Source of the DNA: Candidatus Omnitrophota bacterium
GTDB lineage: Bacteria; Omnitrophota; Gorgyraeia; 2-02-FULL-51-18
DNA length: 64,000 nt
Direction of reading: 5' to 3'
Assembly: GCA_945877765.1 (NCBI GenBank)
Contig: CAMDWQ010000008.1
Coordinates: 13,774 to 77,773, forward strand
Part shown: positions 49,069 through 59,231 of the stretch, piece after piece
Position numbering within the stretch: the first letter of the stretch is position 1
Layout: each line of letters begins with the position of its first letter
Translations under genes and position numbers: made by a program
Notes under the pieces: model-generated
Seen by the model: only the letters and a program-made list of their open reading frames with translations
Databases searched by the model: none
What the model was told of the DNA's origin: nothing

Positions 49069-50328
49069 ATGGAAATAGATTCAGCCAATTTAAAAAAGAT
49101 GAAGATGGCAGAGCTCGCTGATTTAGCACAGCAGCTTAAAGTAGTAGACTTTAGCGCGCTGAAAAAACAGGATTTAATTTTTAAAATCCTGCAGGCGCAG
49201 CCTGAGAAAGACGGCAACATGATGGGGGAGGGAGTTTTGGAAATCCTTCAGGACGGTTTTGGATTTTTACGTTCCCCCAACTACAATTACTTGCCTTGCC
49301 CAGATGATATTTATGTCTCACCGTCGCAAATTCGCAAGTTTAATCTAAGGACTGGCGATACTGTTGCAGGACAAATTCGTCCGCCAAAAGAGGGTGAGCG
49401 GTATTTTGCGATGCTGATGGTAGAAAAAGTCAATATGGAATTGCCGCAGAACATCAAAGATAAGATTTTGTTTGATGACTTGACACCGCTCTATCCGAGA
49501 GAAAAGTGGAATATGGAACTGGCTCCCACGGAAGTTTCCACCCGCATTCTGGATCTTTTGGCCCCCATCGGCAAAGGTCAGCGCGGTTTGATTGTGGCGC
49601 CGCCCTACAGCGGAAAAACGGTCCTTTTGCAGAAGGTGGCCAATGCCATCACGACTAATCACCCGGAAGCGGTGTTGATTGTGCTTTTGATCGATGAGCG
49701 TCCCGAAGAGGTCACGGACATGCAGCGCAATGTCAAAGGCGAAGTGGTTAGCTCTACTTTTGATGAGCCAGCGGAGCGTCATGTGCAGGTGGCTGAAATG
49801 GTGATTGAAAAAGCCAAGCGTTTGGTGGAATGCAAGAAGGACGTTGTGATTCTTCTGGATAGCATTACACGCCTTGCCCGCGCTTACAACACAACGGTTC
49901 CGCACTCCGGTAAGATTCTTACCGGCGGCGTGGACTCCAACGCACTTCATAAGCCTAAACGCTTTTTTGGCGCCGCGCGTGCTTTGGAAGAGGGGGGCAG
50001 TCTTACGATCATCGCTACCGCCCTGGTCGATACGGGAAGCCGTATGGATGAGGTCATTTTTGAAGAGTTTAAAGGGACCGGCAATATGGAAGTACAGCTG
50101 GATCGCAATCTATTTCAGCGGCGCATCTATCCGGCCATCGACATCAAGCGCTCCAACACACGTCGTGAAGAGCTTTTGGTGGCCAGTGAAGACCTGGCAA
50201 AGATATGGATTTTGAGAAAAGTCTTGAATGAGCTCAATACGACGGAGGCAATGGAGCTTCTGATCGAAAAAATCCAAAAAACAAAGACCAATAAAGAGTT
50301 CTTGAAAAATATGAATAAAGGGTCATAA
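49069..50328 (+). CDS. rho: Transcription termination factor Rho
   Basis: [39 protein letters not shown]. Confidence 0.99.
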   Translation: MEIDSANLKKMKMAELADLAQQLKVVDFSALKKQDLIFKILQAQPEKDGNMMGEGVLEILQDGFGFLRSPNYNYLPCPDDIYVSPSQIRKFNLRTGDTVAGQIRPPKEGERYFAMLMVEKVNMELPQNIKDKILFDDLTPLYPREKWNMELAPTEVSTRILDLLAPIGKGQRGLIVAPPYSGKTVLLQKVANAITTNHPEAVLIVLLIDERPEEVTDMQRNVKGEVVSSTFDEPAERHVQVAEMVIEKAKRLVECKKDVVILLDSITRLARAYNTTVPHSGKILTGGVDSNALHKPKRFFGAARALEEGGSLTIIATALVDTGSRMDEVIFEEFKGTGNMEVQLDRNLFQRRIYPAIDIKRSNTRREELLVASEDLAKIWILRKVLNELNTTEAMELLIEKIQKTKTNKEFLKNMNKGS

Positions 50329-50331
50329 TGT

Positions 50332-50433
50332 CATTTTACCGAAAAAGACTCCTCGGCGTTGTTGCTCCTCGTCAACGTGGTTTTACCACGCCTCCTCGTC
50401 GCGCCTAGCCGAGAAGTCTTTTTCGATAAACTG
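50332..50433. repeat. Long imperfect palindromic element between rho and rpmE
   Basis: CGAAAAAGACT/AGTCTTTTTCG, CTCGGC/GCCGAG and CGTGGT/ACCACG stems; CTCCTCGTC occurs twice inside. Confidence 0.7.
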
Positions 50434-50452
50434 TAGAGACTAAGGAGAAGTT

Positions 50453-50665
50453 ATGAAAGAGAAGATACACCCCAAGTACCAAGAGACGACGATTACCTGC
50501 CTTTGCGGCAACGTAATCCACACGCGGTCCACCAAAGCCAGCATTCGTGTCGAAATCTGCGCCAGCTGCCATCCGTTTTTTACCGGCAAGCAGAAGCTGA
50601 TTGACAGTGCAGGCCGCGTTGAAAAGTTCCAAAAACGTTACGCTGCCAAACCCGGCAAAGCCTAA
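50453..50665 (+). CDS. rpmE: 50S ribosomal protein L31 (Zn-binding type)
   Basis: IHPKY, CxC, CxxCHPFFTG, GRVEKF. Confidence 0.98.
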   Translation: MKEKIHPKYQETTITCLCGNVIHTRSTKASIRVEICASCHPFFTGKQKLIDSAGRVEKFQKRYAAKPGKA

Positions 50666-50697
50666 GTCCTTTTTTTTAAAAGACTTAAGCTGACTTC

Positions 50698-51759
50698 GTG
50701 CGTTTTTTAAAAAAAATCGAGGAGAAAGTCGCCCGCTTCAAAGAAGTGGAGCGGCTTCTCCAAGATCCATCCGTCACCTCTGAGCCCTCTCGGGTCAAGG
50801 ACCTCGGCAAAGAATTTCGCGGTCTTGAAAAAATCAACAATCTCTATAATGAGTATTTAAAAGTGCACGCCGAGATTGAAGAAGTGCGCCATCTTTTAAA
50901 TGATAAAACTCAAAGCGCTGATCTTATTTCAATGGCGTCGCTTGAAGCCGAGTCCCTGGCAGTGCGTGAAAAAAAAGCCATTGGAGACATCGAGGCCCTC
51001 TTGATGCAGGAAGACCCTCTTTTAATTAAAAACGTGATCATGGAAATCCGCGCGGGAACCGGGGGGCTTGAGGCGGGGCTTTTTGCCGGCGATTTGTTGC
51101 GCATGTACTCGCGATTTTCTGCCAAATGTGGTTTTAAAATCGAAGTTCTTTCTCTTTCCCCCAACGATGCGGGTGGTCTCAAGGAAGTGATAGCGTCCGT
51201 CACGGGTGCCGGCGCTTACGGTAAATTTAAATATGAAAGTGGCACTCACCGCGTCCAACGCGTCCCGGCAACCGAGGCTTCCGGCCGTATCCACACCTCT
51301 GCTGTCACCGTGGCTATTTTACCGGAAGCCGAAGAAGTGGATGTGGAAATTAAACCCGAAGACCTTCGCATTGACGTCTTTCGTTCTGGCGGACCTGGCG
51401 GTCAGAGTGTGAATACAACCGATTCGGCGGTCCGTATTACGCACATCCCTTCCGGACTTGTGGTGAGCTGTCAGGATGAAAAATCCCAATTAAAAAACAA
51501 GCAAAAGGGGATGAAGATTCTTCGCGCTCGTCTTTTTGAAAAAATTACCAATGAGCGCAATGCCGAAATCGCTAAGAATCGCAAAGAGCAAGTTGGTTCC
51601 GGCGACCGTAGTGAAAAAATCCGCACTTACAATTTTCCCGACCGCCGCGTCACCGATCACCGCGTAGGTTTTACCTCGCACAACCTAGAAGCCGTGCTAG
51701 AGGGCGATCTTGAGGGTTTTGTGAATGCGCTTTTTGAGGACGAGCTTGCCAGGAGTTGA
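50698..51759 (+). CDS. prfA: Peptide chain release factor 1
   Basis: GGQ motif, PAT anticodon loop (VPATE), RTYNFP. Confidence 0.97.
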   Translation: MRFLKKIEEKVARFKEVERLLQDPSVTSEPSRVKDLGKEFRGLEKINNLYNEYLKVHAEIEEVRHLLNDKTQSADLISMASLEAESLAVREKKAIGDIEALLMQEDPLLIKNVIMEIRAGTGGLEAGLFAGDLLRMYSRFSAKCGFKIEVLSLSPNDAGGLKEVIASVTGAGAYGKFKYESGTHRVQRVPATEASGRIHTSAVTVAILPEAEEVDVEIKPEDLRIDVFRSGGPGGQSVNTTDSAVRITHIPSGLVVSCQDEKSQLKNKQKGMKILRARLFEKITNERNAEIAKNRKEQVGSGDRSEKIRTYNFPDRRVTDHRVGFTSHNLEAVLEGDLEGFVNALFEDELARS

Positions 51760-51763
51760 TAGC

Positions 51764-52711
51764 TTGTTGCAAGCGGCTCGTGATAACGCAGCCTACCTGC
51801 TTAAAATCAAAAGAAGCTTATCCCTTAAAAAAATCATGTCCCCGGCTGTTGAGGCCCAAATCCTCATTTTCCATTTTTCAAAAATAAACCGTATCGATTT
51901 TTTGACCGGCACCAAAATACCTTCGCTGCCACAGAAAAAGAAGATTGAGCAGGCTCTGCAAAAAAGGCTAACGGGGATTCCTGCCGCTTATTTGACAGAA
52001 ACTGCCGGGTTCTACGGACATGATTTTTTAGTGAACCCCTCTGTCTTAATCCCCCGGCCTGAAACCGAGCTTTTGGTGGAGCAAACACTAAAAATTTTAA
52101 ATCAGGTGCCACAGGGGTCAGACCCCTCTGGCACCAAAGCTGCCAAATCCTTGTTTTCTCCTAGGGGTCAGAGGGGTCAGACCCCTCTGGCACCGGAGGT
52201 TCTTGAGATTGGGACGGGGTCGGGGTGTATTGCCGTCAGTTTGACAATCGCAAGGCCAGACTGTAGAATGACGGCTCTTGATATTTCGAGCGAAGCGCTT
52301 AAAACCGCCCGTAGAAACGCCCGTCAGCATGGGGTGGCTGGGCGGATTTCTTTTGTTAAGAGCGATTTATTTTCAGTTTTTGGGCCTCGGCATCGCGGTC
52401 GTTGGGATATTTTAGTATCCAATCCACCCTATGTTCCCCGAAGTGATTTTCGAAATTTGCAGCGCGAAGTGAAGAAAGAGCCGCGCCTGGCGTTGGATGG
52501 CGGTAAAAGCGGTTTAGTGGTGATTGAGAAAATTCTCAAGGAAGCGCCGTATTATCTAAAAAATGGCGGCTATATTCTTCTAGAAATCGGGAAGGGCCAG
52601 TCGCGGGCATTAGGTAAGATGGCGACCCAGATGAAGTTCTTTCAAAGTTTAAAGTTTGTCAAAGATTACGCGGGAATTGACCGCTTTTTAGTCGCGAGGA
52701 AAATTGGATAA
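51764..52711 (+). CDS. prmC: Release factor glutamine methyltransferase, with in-frame repeat insertion
   Basis: LIPRPETE, EIGTGSGCIA, SNPPY, EP..ALDGG; AGGAG RBS before TTG 51764. Confidence 0.95.
   Translation: MLQAARDNAAYLLKIKRSLSLKKIMSPAVEAQILIFHFSKINRIDFLTGTKIPSLPQKKKIEQALQKRLTGIPAAYLTETAGFYGHDFLVNPSVLIPRPETELLVEQTLKILNQVPQGSDPSGTKAAKSLFSPRGQRGQTPLAPEVLEIGTGSGCIAVSLTIARPDCRMTALDISSEALKTARRNARQHGVAGRISFVKSDLFSVFGPRHRGRWDILVSNPPYVPRSDFRNLQREVKKEPRLALDGGKSGLVVIEKILKEAPYYLKNGGYILLEIGKGQSRALGKMATQMKFFQSLKFVKDYAGIDRFLVARKIG
52105..52194. repeat. Pair of GGGGTCAGACCCC palindromes (90 bp) inside prmC
   Basis: AGGGGTCAGACCCCTCTGGCACC occurs twice; each sits in a ~30-bp hairpin. Confidence 0.85.
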
Positions 52712-53972
52712 GCTAGTCATTGAAGGCGGCAGAAGACTTGAGGGCACCGTAGAAATTTCGGGCGCCAAGAACTCGTCTCTGCCAATTTTGGCCGCAACTG
52801 TTCTTTCTAAAGAAAAATCCATCATTCGCAATGTTCCGCAAGTAGCGGACGTTTTCACGATGGTGAAAATTTTAAAGTCGCTGGGAGCTAAAGTGCTCCA
52901 TACCGGCAATACGGTGGAAGTTGATCCATCGGGGATTCGTAACCCCGTTTTGACTTACAAAATTGTCAGCACGATGCGCGGTTCGATTTGTTTTTTGGGG
53001 CCGCTTTTGGCGCGTTTCCGCTCCGCTCAGATTTCTTTTCCCGGAGGCTGCGTGATTGGACCGCGGCCGATTGATTTGCACATCAAAGGTGTTAAGGCGC
53101 TGGGTGCAGACATCACGTTGGAACATGGTTATGTACTTGCCAAAACCAAAGAACTGAAGGGGACGCGTATTTATTTGGGAGGCGCCTTTGGTTCGAGCGT
53201 TCTAGGTACAGGCAACGTGATGATGGCAGCCACTATGGCCAAAGGTAAGACCGTTATCGTGAACGCCGCCTGCGAGCCTGAGGTCGTGGACCTGGGTAAT
53301 TTTTTGAAAAAAATGGGAGCCAAGATTTCGGGTCTAGGATCTCCTTCGATTGAAATTGAAGGAGTGAAGAAATTAAGCGGCGCAAATTATTCGATTATTC
53401 CTGACCGCATTGAAGCTGGTACGTATATGATTGCCGCCGCTATTACCAAGGGCGATGTGACGATTAAAAATTTTGATTTGAGTTTGCTGGGTGCGATGTT
53501 GGACAAGATGAGAGATGCCGGCGTCTCGATTACTGAAAAAAATGGGCACGTGCGTGTGCGTCGTGAGAAAAAGCTTAAGCCTATCTCGGTGACGACACTG
53601 CCGTATCCTGGCTATCCGACGGATTTGCAGGCGCAGATGATGGCGCTCATGTGCGTGGTTCCGGGAATCAGCGTCATTACCGAGAAAATTTATCCTGAAC
53701 GGTTTATGCACGTAAGTGAATTAAATCGTATGGGGGCTAGCATTATTTTGGAGGGTCCCAGCGCGATTGTCAGCGGGAATAAAAAGTTGAGCGGAGCCCC
53801 TGTGATGGCGTCGGACTTGCGCGCGAGCGCGGGGCTGGTGGTTGCGGGCCTTGTGGCCGAAGGGACAACGGAAATATCTCGTATTTATCATTTGGACCGC
53901 GGGTATGAAAATTTAGTAGCGAAGCTTCAGCACTTAGGAGCTAAAATTCGCCGGGAAAAGGATTTACGGTGA
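52704..53972 (+). CDS. murA: UDP-N-acetylglucosamine 1-carboxyvinyltransferase
   Basis: SGAKNS, PGGCVIGPRPIDLH, PDRIEAGT, DLRA, HLDRGYE. Confidence 0.98.
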   Translation: MDKLVIEGGRRLEGTVEISGAKNSSLPILAATVLSKEKSIIRNVPQVADVFTMVKILKSLGAKVLHTGNTVEVDPSGIRNPVLTYKIVSTMRGSICFLGPLLARFRSAQISFPGGCVIGPRPIDLHIKGVKALGADITLEHGYVLAKTKELKGTRIYLGGAFGSSVLGTGNVMMAATMAKGKTVIVNAACEPEVVDLGNFLKKMGAKISGLGSPSIEIEGVKKLSGANYSIIPDRIEAGTYMIAAAITKGDVTIKNFDLSLLGAMLDKMRDAGVSITEKNGHVRVRREKKLKPISVTTLPYPGYPTDLQAQMMALMCVVPGISVITEKIYPERFMHVSELNRMGASIILEGPSAIVSGNKKLSGAPVMASDLRASAGLVVAGLVAEGTTEISRIYHLDRGYENLVAKLQHLGAKIRREKDLR

Positions 53973-53973
53973 T

Positions 53974-54128
53974 AAATTCGAAGCGCGAAATTCGAAATCC
54001 GAAACAAATTCGAATTTTCGAAAATTCAATAACCAAAACAACTGTTTCGAATTTTGATATTCGAATTTCGAATTTGTTTAACCATAACAACTGTTTCGAA
54101 TTTCGATATTCGAATTTCGAATTTTGTT
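53974..54128. repeat. Heptamer (AAATTCG / CGAATTT) inverted repeat array with a ~49-bp tandem duplication
   Basis: Left arm has AAATTCG/AAATCCG units, right arm has their complement; 54030-54078 is repeated at 54079-54128. Confidence 0.9.
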
Positions 54129-54147
54129 TTAATAGGGGGGTGTTAGC

Positions 54148-54405
54148 ATGGCAGTAGTTATTCGTTTGAAAACAATGGGCACGAAGAAGAAAATTAAGCA
54201 CCGCATTGTCGTGACAGATTCTAAGTCACCAAGAAACGGACGCTTTATTGAAGAAGTCGGCTCCTGGGATCCTTCCAAGAAGCCAGCGATTATGACTGTT
54301 AAAAATGATCGTGTGGAACATTGGATCAGTCAGGGCGCACAGCCTTCGGATACGGTTCGCAGCATTCTGAAGAAGGTGGGTATTAAGTCCGCGATTAGAA
54401 AGTAA
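54148..54405 (+). CDS. rpsP: 30S ribosomal protein S16
   Basis: [28 protein letters not shown]. Confidence 0.97.
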   Translation: MAVVIRLKTMGTKKKIKHRIVVTDSKSPRNGRFIEEVGSWDPSKKPAIMTVKNDRVEHWISQGAQPSDTVRSILKKVGIKSAIRK

Positions 54406-54421
54406 TCTTAAAGGCTGTGTT

Positions 54422-55123
54422 TTGAAAATACACGCGCTAACGCTTTTTCCAGGAATGTTTGACTCGTTTGTGTCGCATTCAATTATCAAAAGAGCCTTGG
54501 AAAGTAAGAAAGTGTCGATCACAGCGCATAACCTGCGCGATTGGTCACAGGACAAGCACAAGACGTGTGACGACAAGCCGTTTGGTGGCGGTCCTGGAAT
54601 GCTGATGAAGCCCGAGCCTATTTTTGAGGCTTATGACGCCTTGTTCGGGAAGAAAAAGAGCAAAGATTTTCGCTTTATTTACGTCTCTGCTCAAGGCAAG
54701 CGATTTGATCATCAAAAAGCCAAGGAATTGGCCTCTTGTAAAGAGATCGCTTTTTTATGCGGGCATTATGAGGGGGTTGATCAGAGGGTTGTTGATGAGT
54801 TGGTGACCGATGAAATCTCCATCGGCGATTACGTATTGACTGGAGGCGAGCTTCCTGCAATGGTGATCATCGATGCGGTGGTAAGGCTGCTGCCTGGAGT
54901 GGTCGGTTGCGCCCAATCAACAGAATTTGAATCTTTTACCCAAAATCTGCTAGAATACCCCCAGTATACAAGACCTGCCGTCTACCGGGGGCTTAAGGTC
55001 CCTGCGTTGCTTTTATCAGGGAATCACCAAAAGATAAAGGAATGGCAAAAGAGCGAAGCGCTTAAGCGAACGTTTGAGCGGCGCCCTGATTTATTAAATT
55101 TGAAAACGAAAAAAGGAAAATAG
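54422..55123 (+). CDS. trmD: tRNA (guanine-N1)-methyltransferase
   Basis: [36 protein letters not shown]. Confidence 0.98.
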   Translation: MKIHALTLFPGMFDSFVSHSIIKRALESKKVSITAHNLRDWSQDKHKTCDDKPFGGGPGMLMKPEPIFEAYDALFGKKKSKDFRFIYVSAQGKRFDHQKAKELASCKEIAFLCGHYEGVDQRVVDELVTDEISIGDYVLTGGELPAMVIIDAVVRLLPGVVGCAQSTEFESFTQNLLEYPQYTRPAVYRGLKVPALLLSGNHQKIKEWQKSEALKRTFERRPDLLNLKTKKGK

Positions 55124-55131
55124 AGGAAGCT

Positions 55132-55536
55132 ATGGCATACCGTCTGATCAAAGCGCTTGAAGCCGAGTACATGAAAAAAGATATCCCTAAAGGTTTTAAA
55201 GTGGGTGATAATGTCCGAGTTGGCGTACGCGTCGATGAGGGCGAGGGAAAGTTTCGTACCCAGATGTTTGAGGGAACCGTCATCCGCAAAGAAGGTTTGG
55301 GCATTCGGGAGAGCTTTACCGTCCGCCGTGTAACTTTCGGCGAAGGCGTTGAGAGAAAATTCCCGATTCACTCACCCACCGTTCAGAAAGTGGAGCTTAT
55401 ACGGTCGGGTCGTGTGCGACGCGCTAAACTTTATTATCTGCGCGATACCACTGGTAAGGGCGGACGCATTGAAGAAGAGCGTAGAAAAAAAGATACAGTC
55501 CCAGCTGTCGCAGCCTCAGCCGCTGCTTCAGCATGA
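55132..55536 (+). CDS. rplS: 50S ribosomal protein L19
   Basis: [30 protein letters not shown]. Confidence 0.98.
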   Translation: MAYRLIKALEAEYMKKDIPKGFKVGDNVRVGVRVDEGEGKFRTQMFEGTVIRKEGLGIRESFTVRRVTFGEGVERKFPIHSPTVQKVELIRSGRVRRAKLYYLRDTTGKGGRIEEERRKKDTVPAVAASAAASA

Positions 55537-56149
55537 TCTTGATTATTTAAATCAGGGATTTAAATCCCTGGCGGGCGTGGATGAAGCGGGGCGCGGGCCA
55601 TTGGCCGGTCCTGTAGTTGCTTCAGCCGTGATCGTCAGGGATTTTTCATTTTTTTCAACGGTCAATGACTCGAAGAAAATGACGGCGAAAGCGCGCGAAC
55701 GCGCCTATGAAGAAATTTTGACAAAATGTGTGGTGGGAATCGGAATTATTGATTGCCATACGATTGATAGAATTGATATTTATCAAGCCACGCTTCGAGC
55801 GATGGAAGAGGCGGTGATGAAGCTTGGCGAGGTGCCGGACGTCATCTTGGTGGACGGGCCCAAAACGCCAAATTTGCCGTTTAGGCAGGTGCCGATTGTG
55901 GATGGGGACGCCATCTCATTTTCGATTGCCTGCGCGTCCGTGGTGGCGAAAGTCACGCGTGACCGCATGATGGAACATTACGCCGAAGAATTTCCGCAGT
56001 ACGGTTTTGAGAAGCACAAAGGTTATGGGACCAAGAGCCATATGGAAGCAATCAAGAAAAATGGTCCCTGCAAAATTCACCGCAGGAGTTTTGAGCCGAT
56101 AAAGTCTTTAATAAAACAGGGGGCCAACTGTCATCCCCGAAATCTTTAA
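55469..56149 (+). CDS. rnhB: Ribonuclease HII (start uncertain, overlaps rplS)
   Basis: [43 protein letters not shown]. Confidence 0.95.
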   Translation: MKKSVEKKIQSQLSQPQPLLQHDLDYLNQGFKSLAGVDEAGRGPLAGPVVASAVIVRDFSFFSTVNDSKKMTAKARERAYEEILTKCVVGIGIIDCHTIDRIDIYQATLRAMEEAVMKLGEVPDVILVDGPKTPNLPFRQVPIVDGDAISFSIACASVVAKVTRDRMMEHYAEEFPQYGFEKHKGYGTKSHMEAIKKNGPCKIHRRSFEPIKSLIKQGANCHPRNL

Positions 56150-56200
56150 TCGGGGATCAAACTTAGGAATGATTCCCGATAAAAAAATTCGGGAATGACA
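56129..56200. repeat. GTCA...TGAC REP-like double-hairpin element, copy 2 (supplies the rnhB stop codon)
   Basis: GTCATCCCCGA..TCGGGGATC-spacer-GATTCCCGA..TCGGGAATGAC. Confidence 0.85.
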
Positions 56201-56211
56201 TTAAATTTCAA

Positions 56212-57750
56212 ATGGAAACACTTTTAATCATTGATTTCGGTTCGCAATACAATCAGTTGATTGCGCGCCGCGTGCGCGAATCAAAAGTGTTTTGCGAAAT
56301 TGTGCCGCCCACGATCACGGCTGATGAAATTCGCGCCAAGAATGTCAAAGGCGTCATCCTCTCCGGTGGTCCGGCCAGCGTCTATGAAAAAAACGCGCCC
56401 AAACTAAATCCCGATTTTCTTAAACTTGGCGTGCCGGTGTTAGGCATCTGTTACGGCATGCAGGCGCTGTCCCATTTGTTGGGAGGTGAAGTGCGCCGCG
56501 CCAAGCGCCGTGAGTACGGGCATGCGGAACTTTTTTTACATGTGAAACGCGGGGAGCTTTTTCACGGTGTTCCCAAGCGCTGGGTGTCGTGGATGTCTCA
56601 CGGAGATTATGTCTCGCGCCTTCCGCAAGGGTTTTTTAAGACCGCGTACACTTCAAGCACAGTCGTGGCGGCGTTTGAAAACACCCAGCGCAAAATCTAC
56701 GGCGTGCAGTTTCATCCTGAAGTGCTTCATAGTGAATACGGCGCGCATGTGATTCGTAATTTTTTATTCCCGGTTTGCGGTTTTCACCGTTCGTGGACGA
56801 TGAAAAATTTTATCAAGGAGACCGTTTCTAAGACACGCCATAAGGTCGGCAACCAACGAGTGATTCTGGGCCTTTCTGGGGGCGTGGATTCATCGGTGGC
56901 AGCCGCTCTTTTATCAAAAGCTGTGGGCAAACAGCTTATCTGTATTTTTGTGAACAACGGACTCTTGCGCAAAGGCGAGGAAAACGAAGTTCGCCGCGCG
57001 TTCATGGGCAAATTCAATCTGAATTTAAGGATCGTCAACGCTGAGAAAATATTCCTTCAAAAGTTAAAAGGCGTCACGGATCCCGAGAGAAAAAGAAAGA
57101 TCATCGGCCACGAATTTATTTATGTGTTCCAGCGCGAAGCCAAAAAGATCAAAGGTGCCAAATTTTTAGGACAGGGGACTCTCTATCCGGATGTCATCGA
57201 AAGCCGCTCAGCATTTGGCGGCCCGACGGCAGTCATTAAGTCGCATCACAACGTAGGCGGCCTGCCGGAAAAAATGGATATGAAGTTGGTGGAGCCCTTG
57301 CGTGAACTTTTTAAAGATGAAGCTCGGGCGCTCGGCTATACGCTCGGCCTGCCCAAATCGTTGATCGGTCGTCATCCTTTTCCCGGCCCGGGCCTGGCGG
57401 TCAGAATTCTGGGAGAGATTACCCGTGAGCGTCTTGAGATTTTAAGAGAAGCTGACGTCCGCTTCATTGAAGAGATCCGCAGTGCCGGCTTGTATGACAA
57501 AATCTGGCAAGCCTTTGCAGTCCTGTTACCGGTGAAGTCTGTCGGAGTGATGGGTGACGAAAGAACTTACGACAACACGATCGCGCTGCGTGCCGTGACC
57601 TCTGTTGACGGCATGACTGCCGACTGGTTTCATTTTCCCAAAGAAGTCTTGGCTAAAATTTCCAATCGCATTATCAACGAAGTGAAGGGCGTCAACCGCG
57701 TTGTGTATGACGTAAGCTCCAAGCCTCCTGCGACAATAGAATGGGAGTAG
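56212..57750 (+). CDS. guaA: GMP synthase
   Basis: DFGSQY, GICYGMQ, QFHPEV, SGGVDS, IKSHHNVGG, KPPATIEWE. Confidence 0.99.
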   Translation: METLLIIDFGSQYNQLIARRVRESKVFCEIVPPTITADEIRAKNVKGVILSGGPASVYEKNAPKLNPDFLKLGVPVLGICYGMQALSHLLGGEVRRAKRREYGHAELFLHVKRGELFHGVPKRWVSWMSHGDYVSRLPQGFFKTAYTSSTVVAAFENTQRKIYGVQFHPEVLHSEYGAHVIRNFLFPVCGFHRSWTMKNFIKETVSKTRHKVGNQRVILGLSGGVDSSVAAALLSKAVGKQLICIFVNNGLLRKGEENEVRRAFMGKFNLNLRIVNAEKIFLQKLKGVTDPERKRKIIGHEFIYVFQREAKKIKGAKFLGQGTLYPDVIESRSAFGGPTAVIKSHHNVGGLPEKMDMKLVEPLRELFKDEARALGYTLGLPKSLIGRHPFPGPGLAVRILGEITRERLEILREADVRFIEEIRSAGLYDKIWQAFAVLLPVKSVGVMGDERTYDNTIALRAVTSVDGMTADWFHFPKEVLAKISNRIINEVKGVNRVVYDVSSKPPATIEWE

Positions 57751-57751
57751 C

Positions 57752-57793
57752 TTGATATAATGCATACTATTATATATACTATAAGTATGCATT
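57752..57793 (+). promoter_or_regulatory. Promoter/operator of the mazEF-like operon
   Basis: TTGATA-N17-TATACT overlapped by the inverted repeat AATGCATACT (57759) / AGTATGCATT (57784). Confidence 0.7.
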
Positions 57794-57811
57794 TATTCAA
57801 AAGGGCTTAAC

Positions 57812-58057
57812 ATGGAACATTTAAGTATTACGTTTCCCGTGGATCTGCGCAAAGAGGTAGACCGTTGCGCTAAGCTTGAGCACACCAAAAGGAGCACCCT
57901 GATCCAGAAAGCGGTGAAGGTGTATCTGGGTCTTAAATACAGGGCTCAACTTGAGCAAGATCTGAAAGCGGGATATCTTGAGATGGCGGGCGAGTCTCAA
58001 AACTTGATGGACGAATTCAAAAATATCGATGCAGAGTCTTGGAAGTATGCCGGTTAA
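57812..58057 (+). CDS. Ribbon-helix-helix antitoxin (NdoAI/CopG-like)
   Basis: LSITFP.DL...D........RS.LI..AV; LKAGYLEMA resembles NdoAI; lies upstream of the toxin. Confidence 0.85.
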   Translation: MEHLSITFPVDLRKEVDRCAKLEHTKRSTLIQKAVKVYLGLKYRAQLEQDLKAGYLEMAGESQNLMDEFKNIDAESWKYAG

Positions 58058-58391
58058 AAGAGGGGACATTTTTTGGGTCAACTTGGATCCGGTCAAGGGT
58101 TCTGAGCAGGCCGGGAAGCGCCCCGTGATCGTCATTCAAAACAACGTGGGCAACGCATTGGCTTCCACAACCATCATCGCGCCTCTCACCACCAAGATAT
58201 TTTCTAAAGAGTACCCGACCAACGTGATGGTCCTCAAGGGAACCGCGGGACTTAAGGAGAATTCGACGATTCTTTTCTCGCAGATTAGGGTGATCGATCA
58301 ATCCAGACTTGAGAAAAAAATAGGAGTTTTGCCGTCAACCTACACACACCGGGTCGATACAGCCATCAAAAACAGTTTAGGAGTCCATTAA
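58047..58391 (+). CDS. mazF: PemK/MazF family endoribonuclease toxin
   Basis: KRGDIFWVNLDPVKGSEQAGKRPVIVIQN, QIRVID..RL. Confidence 0.95.
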   Translation: MPVKRGDIFWVNLDPVKGSEQAGKRPVIVIQNNVGNALASTTIIAPLTTKIFSKEYPTNVMVLKGTAGLKENSTILFSQIRVIDQSRLEKKIGVLPSTYTHRVDTAIKNSLGVH

Positions 58392-58393
58392 AC

Positions 58394-58945
58394 ATGAAGA
58401 TCGCCACTCGCATTGGTTTTGTTTCCCTATTTCTAATTTCGCCCCTTTTTCTTCAAGCCACAGCTTTTGCCGAGATGCTAGAGGGTCGCGTAGTACGGGC
58501 GAATTCTCAGTCGCTGGATTTGAGAGTGTATGACCCCCAGGGAAGACCTTACCCCAACACGCTTAATTTAAAAGTGGACGCCTACACGCGGGTGACCGGA
58601 GTTTCTTCTGTTTCCAATCTGCGTACTAACGACGCTGTTAGTGCCCAAGTGTATCAGGATGAATCCCGCACTTGGCACGTAGACAGAGTCACACTATTTC
58701 AGGAAATGAATGCGCGACCCGCGACTCAAAATCCCCCACCGTCTTTACGGGATGTCCTTGGAAACCCTATGGTTCGCGGCGCTCTCCTAGGCGCGGCTAC
58801 TGGTGCCATTGCCTCATCCACGTCAGGAGGAAAAGCAGGGAAGGGCGCTCTCGTCGGCGCTGGTGTTGGGGCCGCCGCAGGTCTCCTCGGTCAAATGTTC
58901 AGCCAAAACTCTAAATCTTCGCAGAACTCGGACGACCAACGGTAA
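58394..58945 (+). CDS. Exported protein with C-terminal glycine zipper
   Basis: Signal peptide ending AFA; GALLGAATGA...GALVGAGVGAAAG. Confidence 0.75.
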   Translation: MKIATRIGFVSLFLISPLFLQATAFAEMLEGRVVRANSQSLDLRVYDPQGRPYPNTLNLKVDAYTRVTGVSSVSNLRTNDAVSAQVYQDESRTWHVDRVTLFQEMNARPATQNPPPSLRDVLGNPMVRGALLGAATGAIASSTSGGKAGKGALVGAGVGAAAGLLGQMFSQNSKSSQNSDDQR

Positions 58946-59050
58946 CACCTCCGGACGCACGACACACCCCACACTTCGGGAGTGTGCCGCAGCTTTTGGC
59001 GGCACTCTCGCGAAGTGTGTTCTCGGTTGGGTGTAACGTTGAAGTGTTGC
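58942..59050. repeat. Long rod-like hairpin abutting family A copy 3
   Basis: GTAACAC/GTGTTGC, ACACCC/GGGTGT, CACACTTCG/CGAAGTGTG, GTGCCGC/GCGGCAC stems. Confidence 0.7.
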
Positions 59051-59217
59051 GCCGGGGCCTGATCGGTAAATCTTTTCGGGCCAGCGCTCTTTTGCCCCTC
59101 CGAGGCAAAATTCGCTCTAAAGACAAGCTCGCTCGTCCCGCTATAAAGAACGGGACTCCATGGCCGCTCGCTTGTCTAAGCGTCCCAAAAAGATTTCCCG
59201 CTCACCCGGCGCGGTGC
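59044..59217 (+). repeat. Structured repeat family A, copy 3 (diverged)
   Basis: Colinear with 4085-4261; stems preserved by compensatory substitutions. Confidence 0.88.
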
Positions 59218-59231
59218 TACGCTTTCCATAG

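Noticed and set aside
53941-54201. ORFs with FEIRISKF-like repeats, or a possible CRISPR array
   Set aside because: These are translations of the heptamer array. There are only two adjacent ~49-bp units, no unique spacers and no cas genes.
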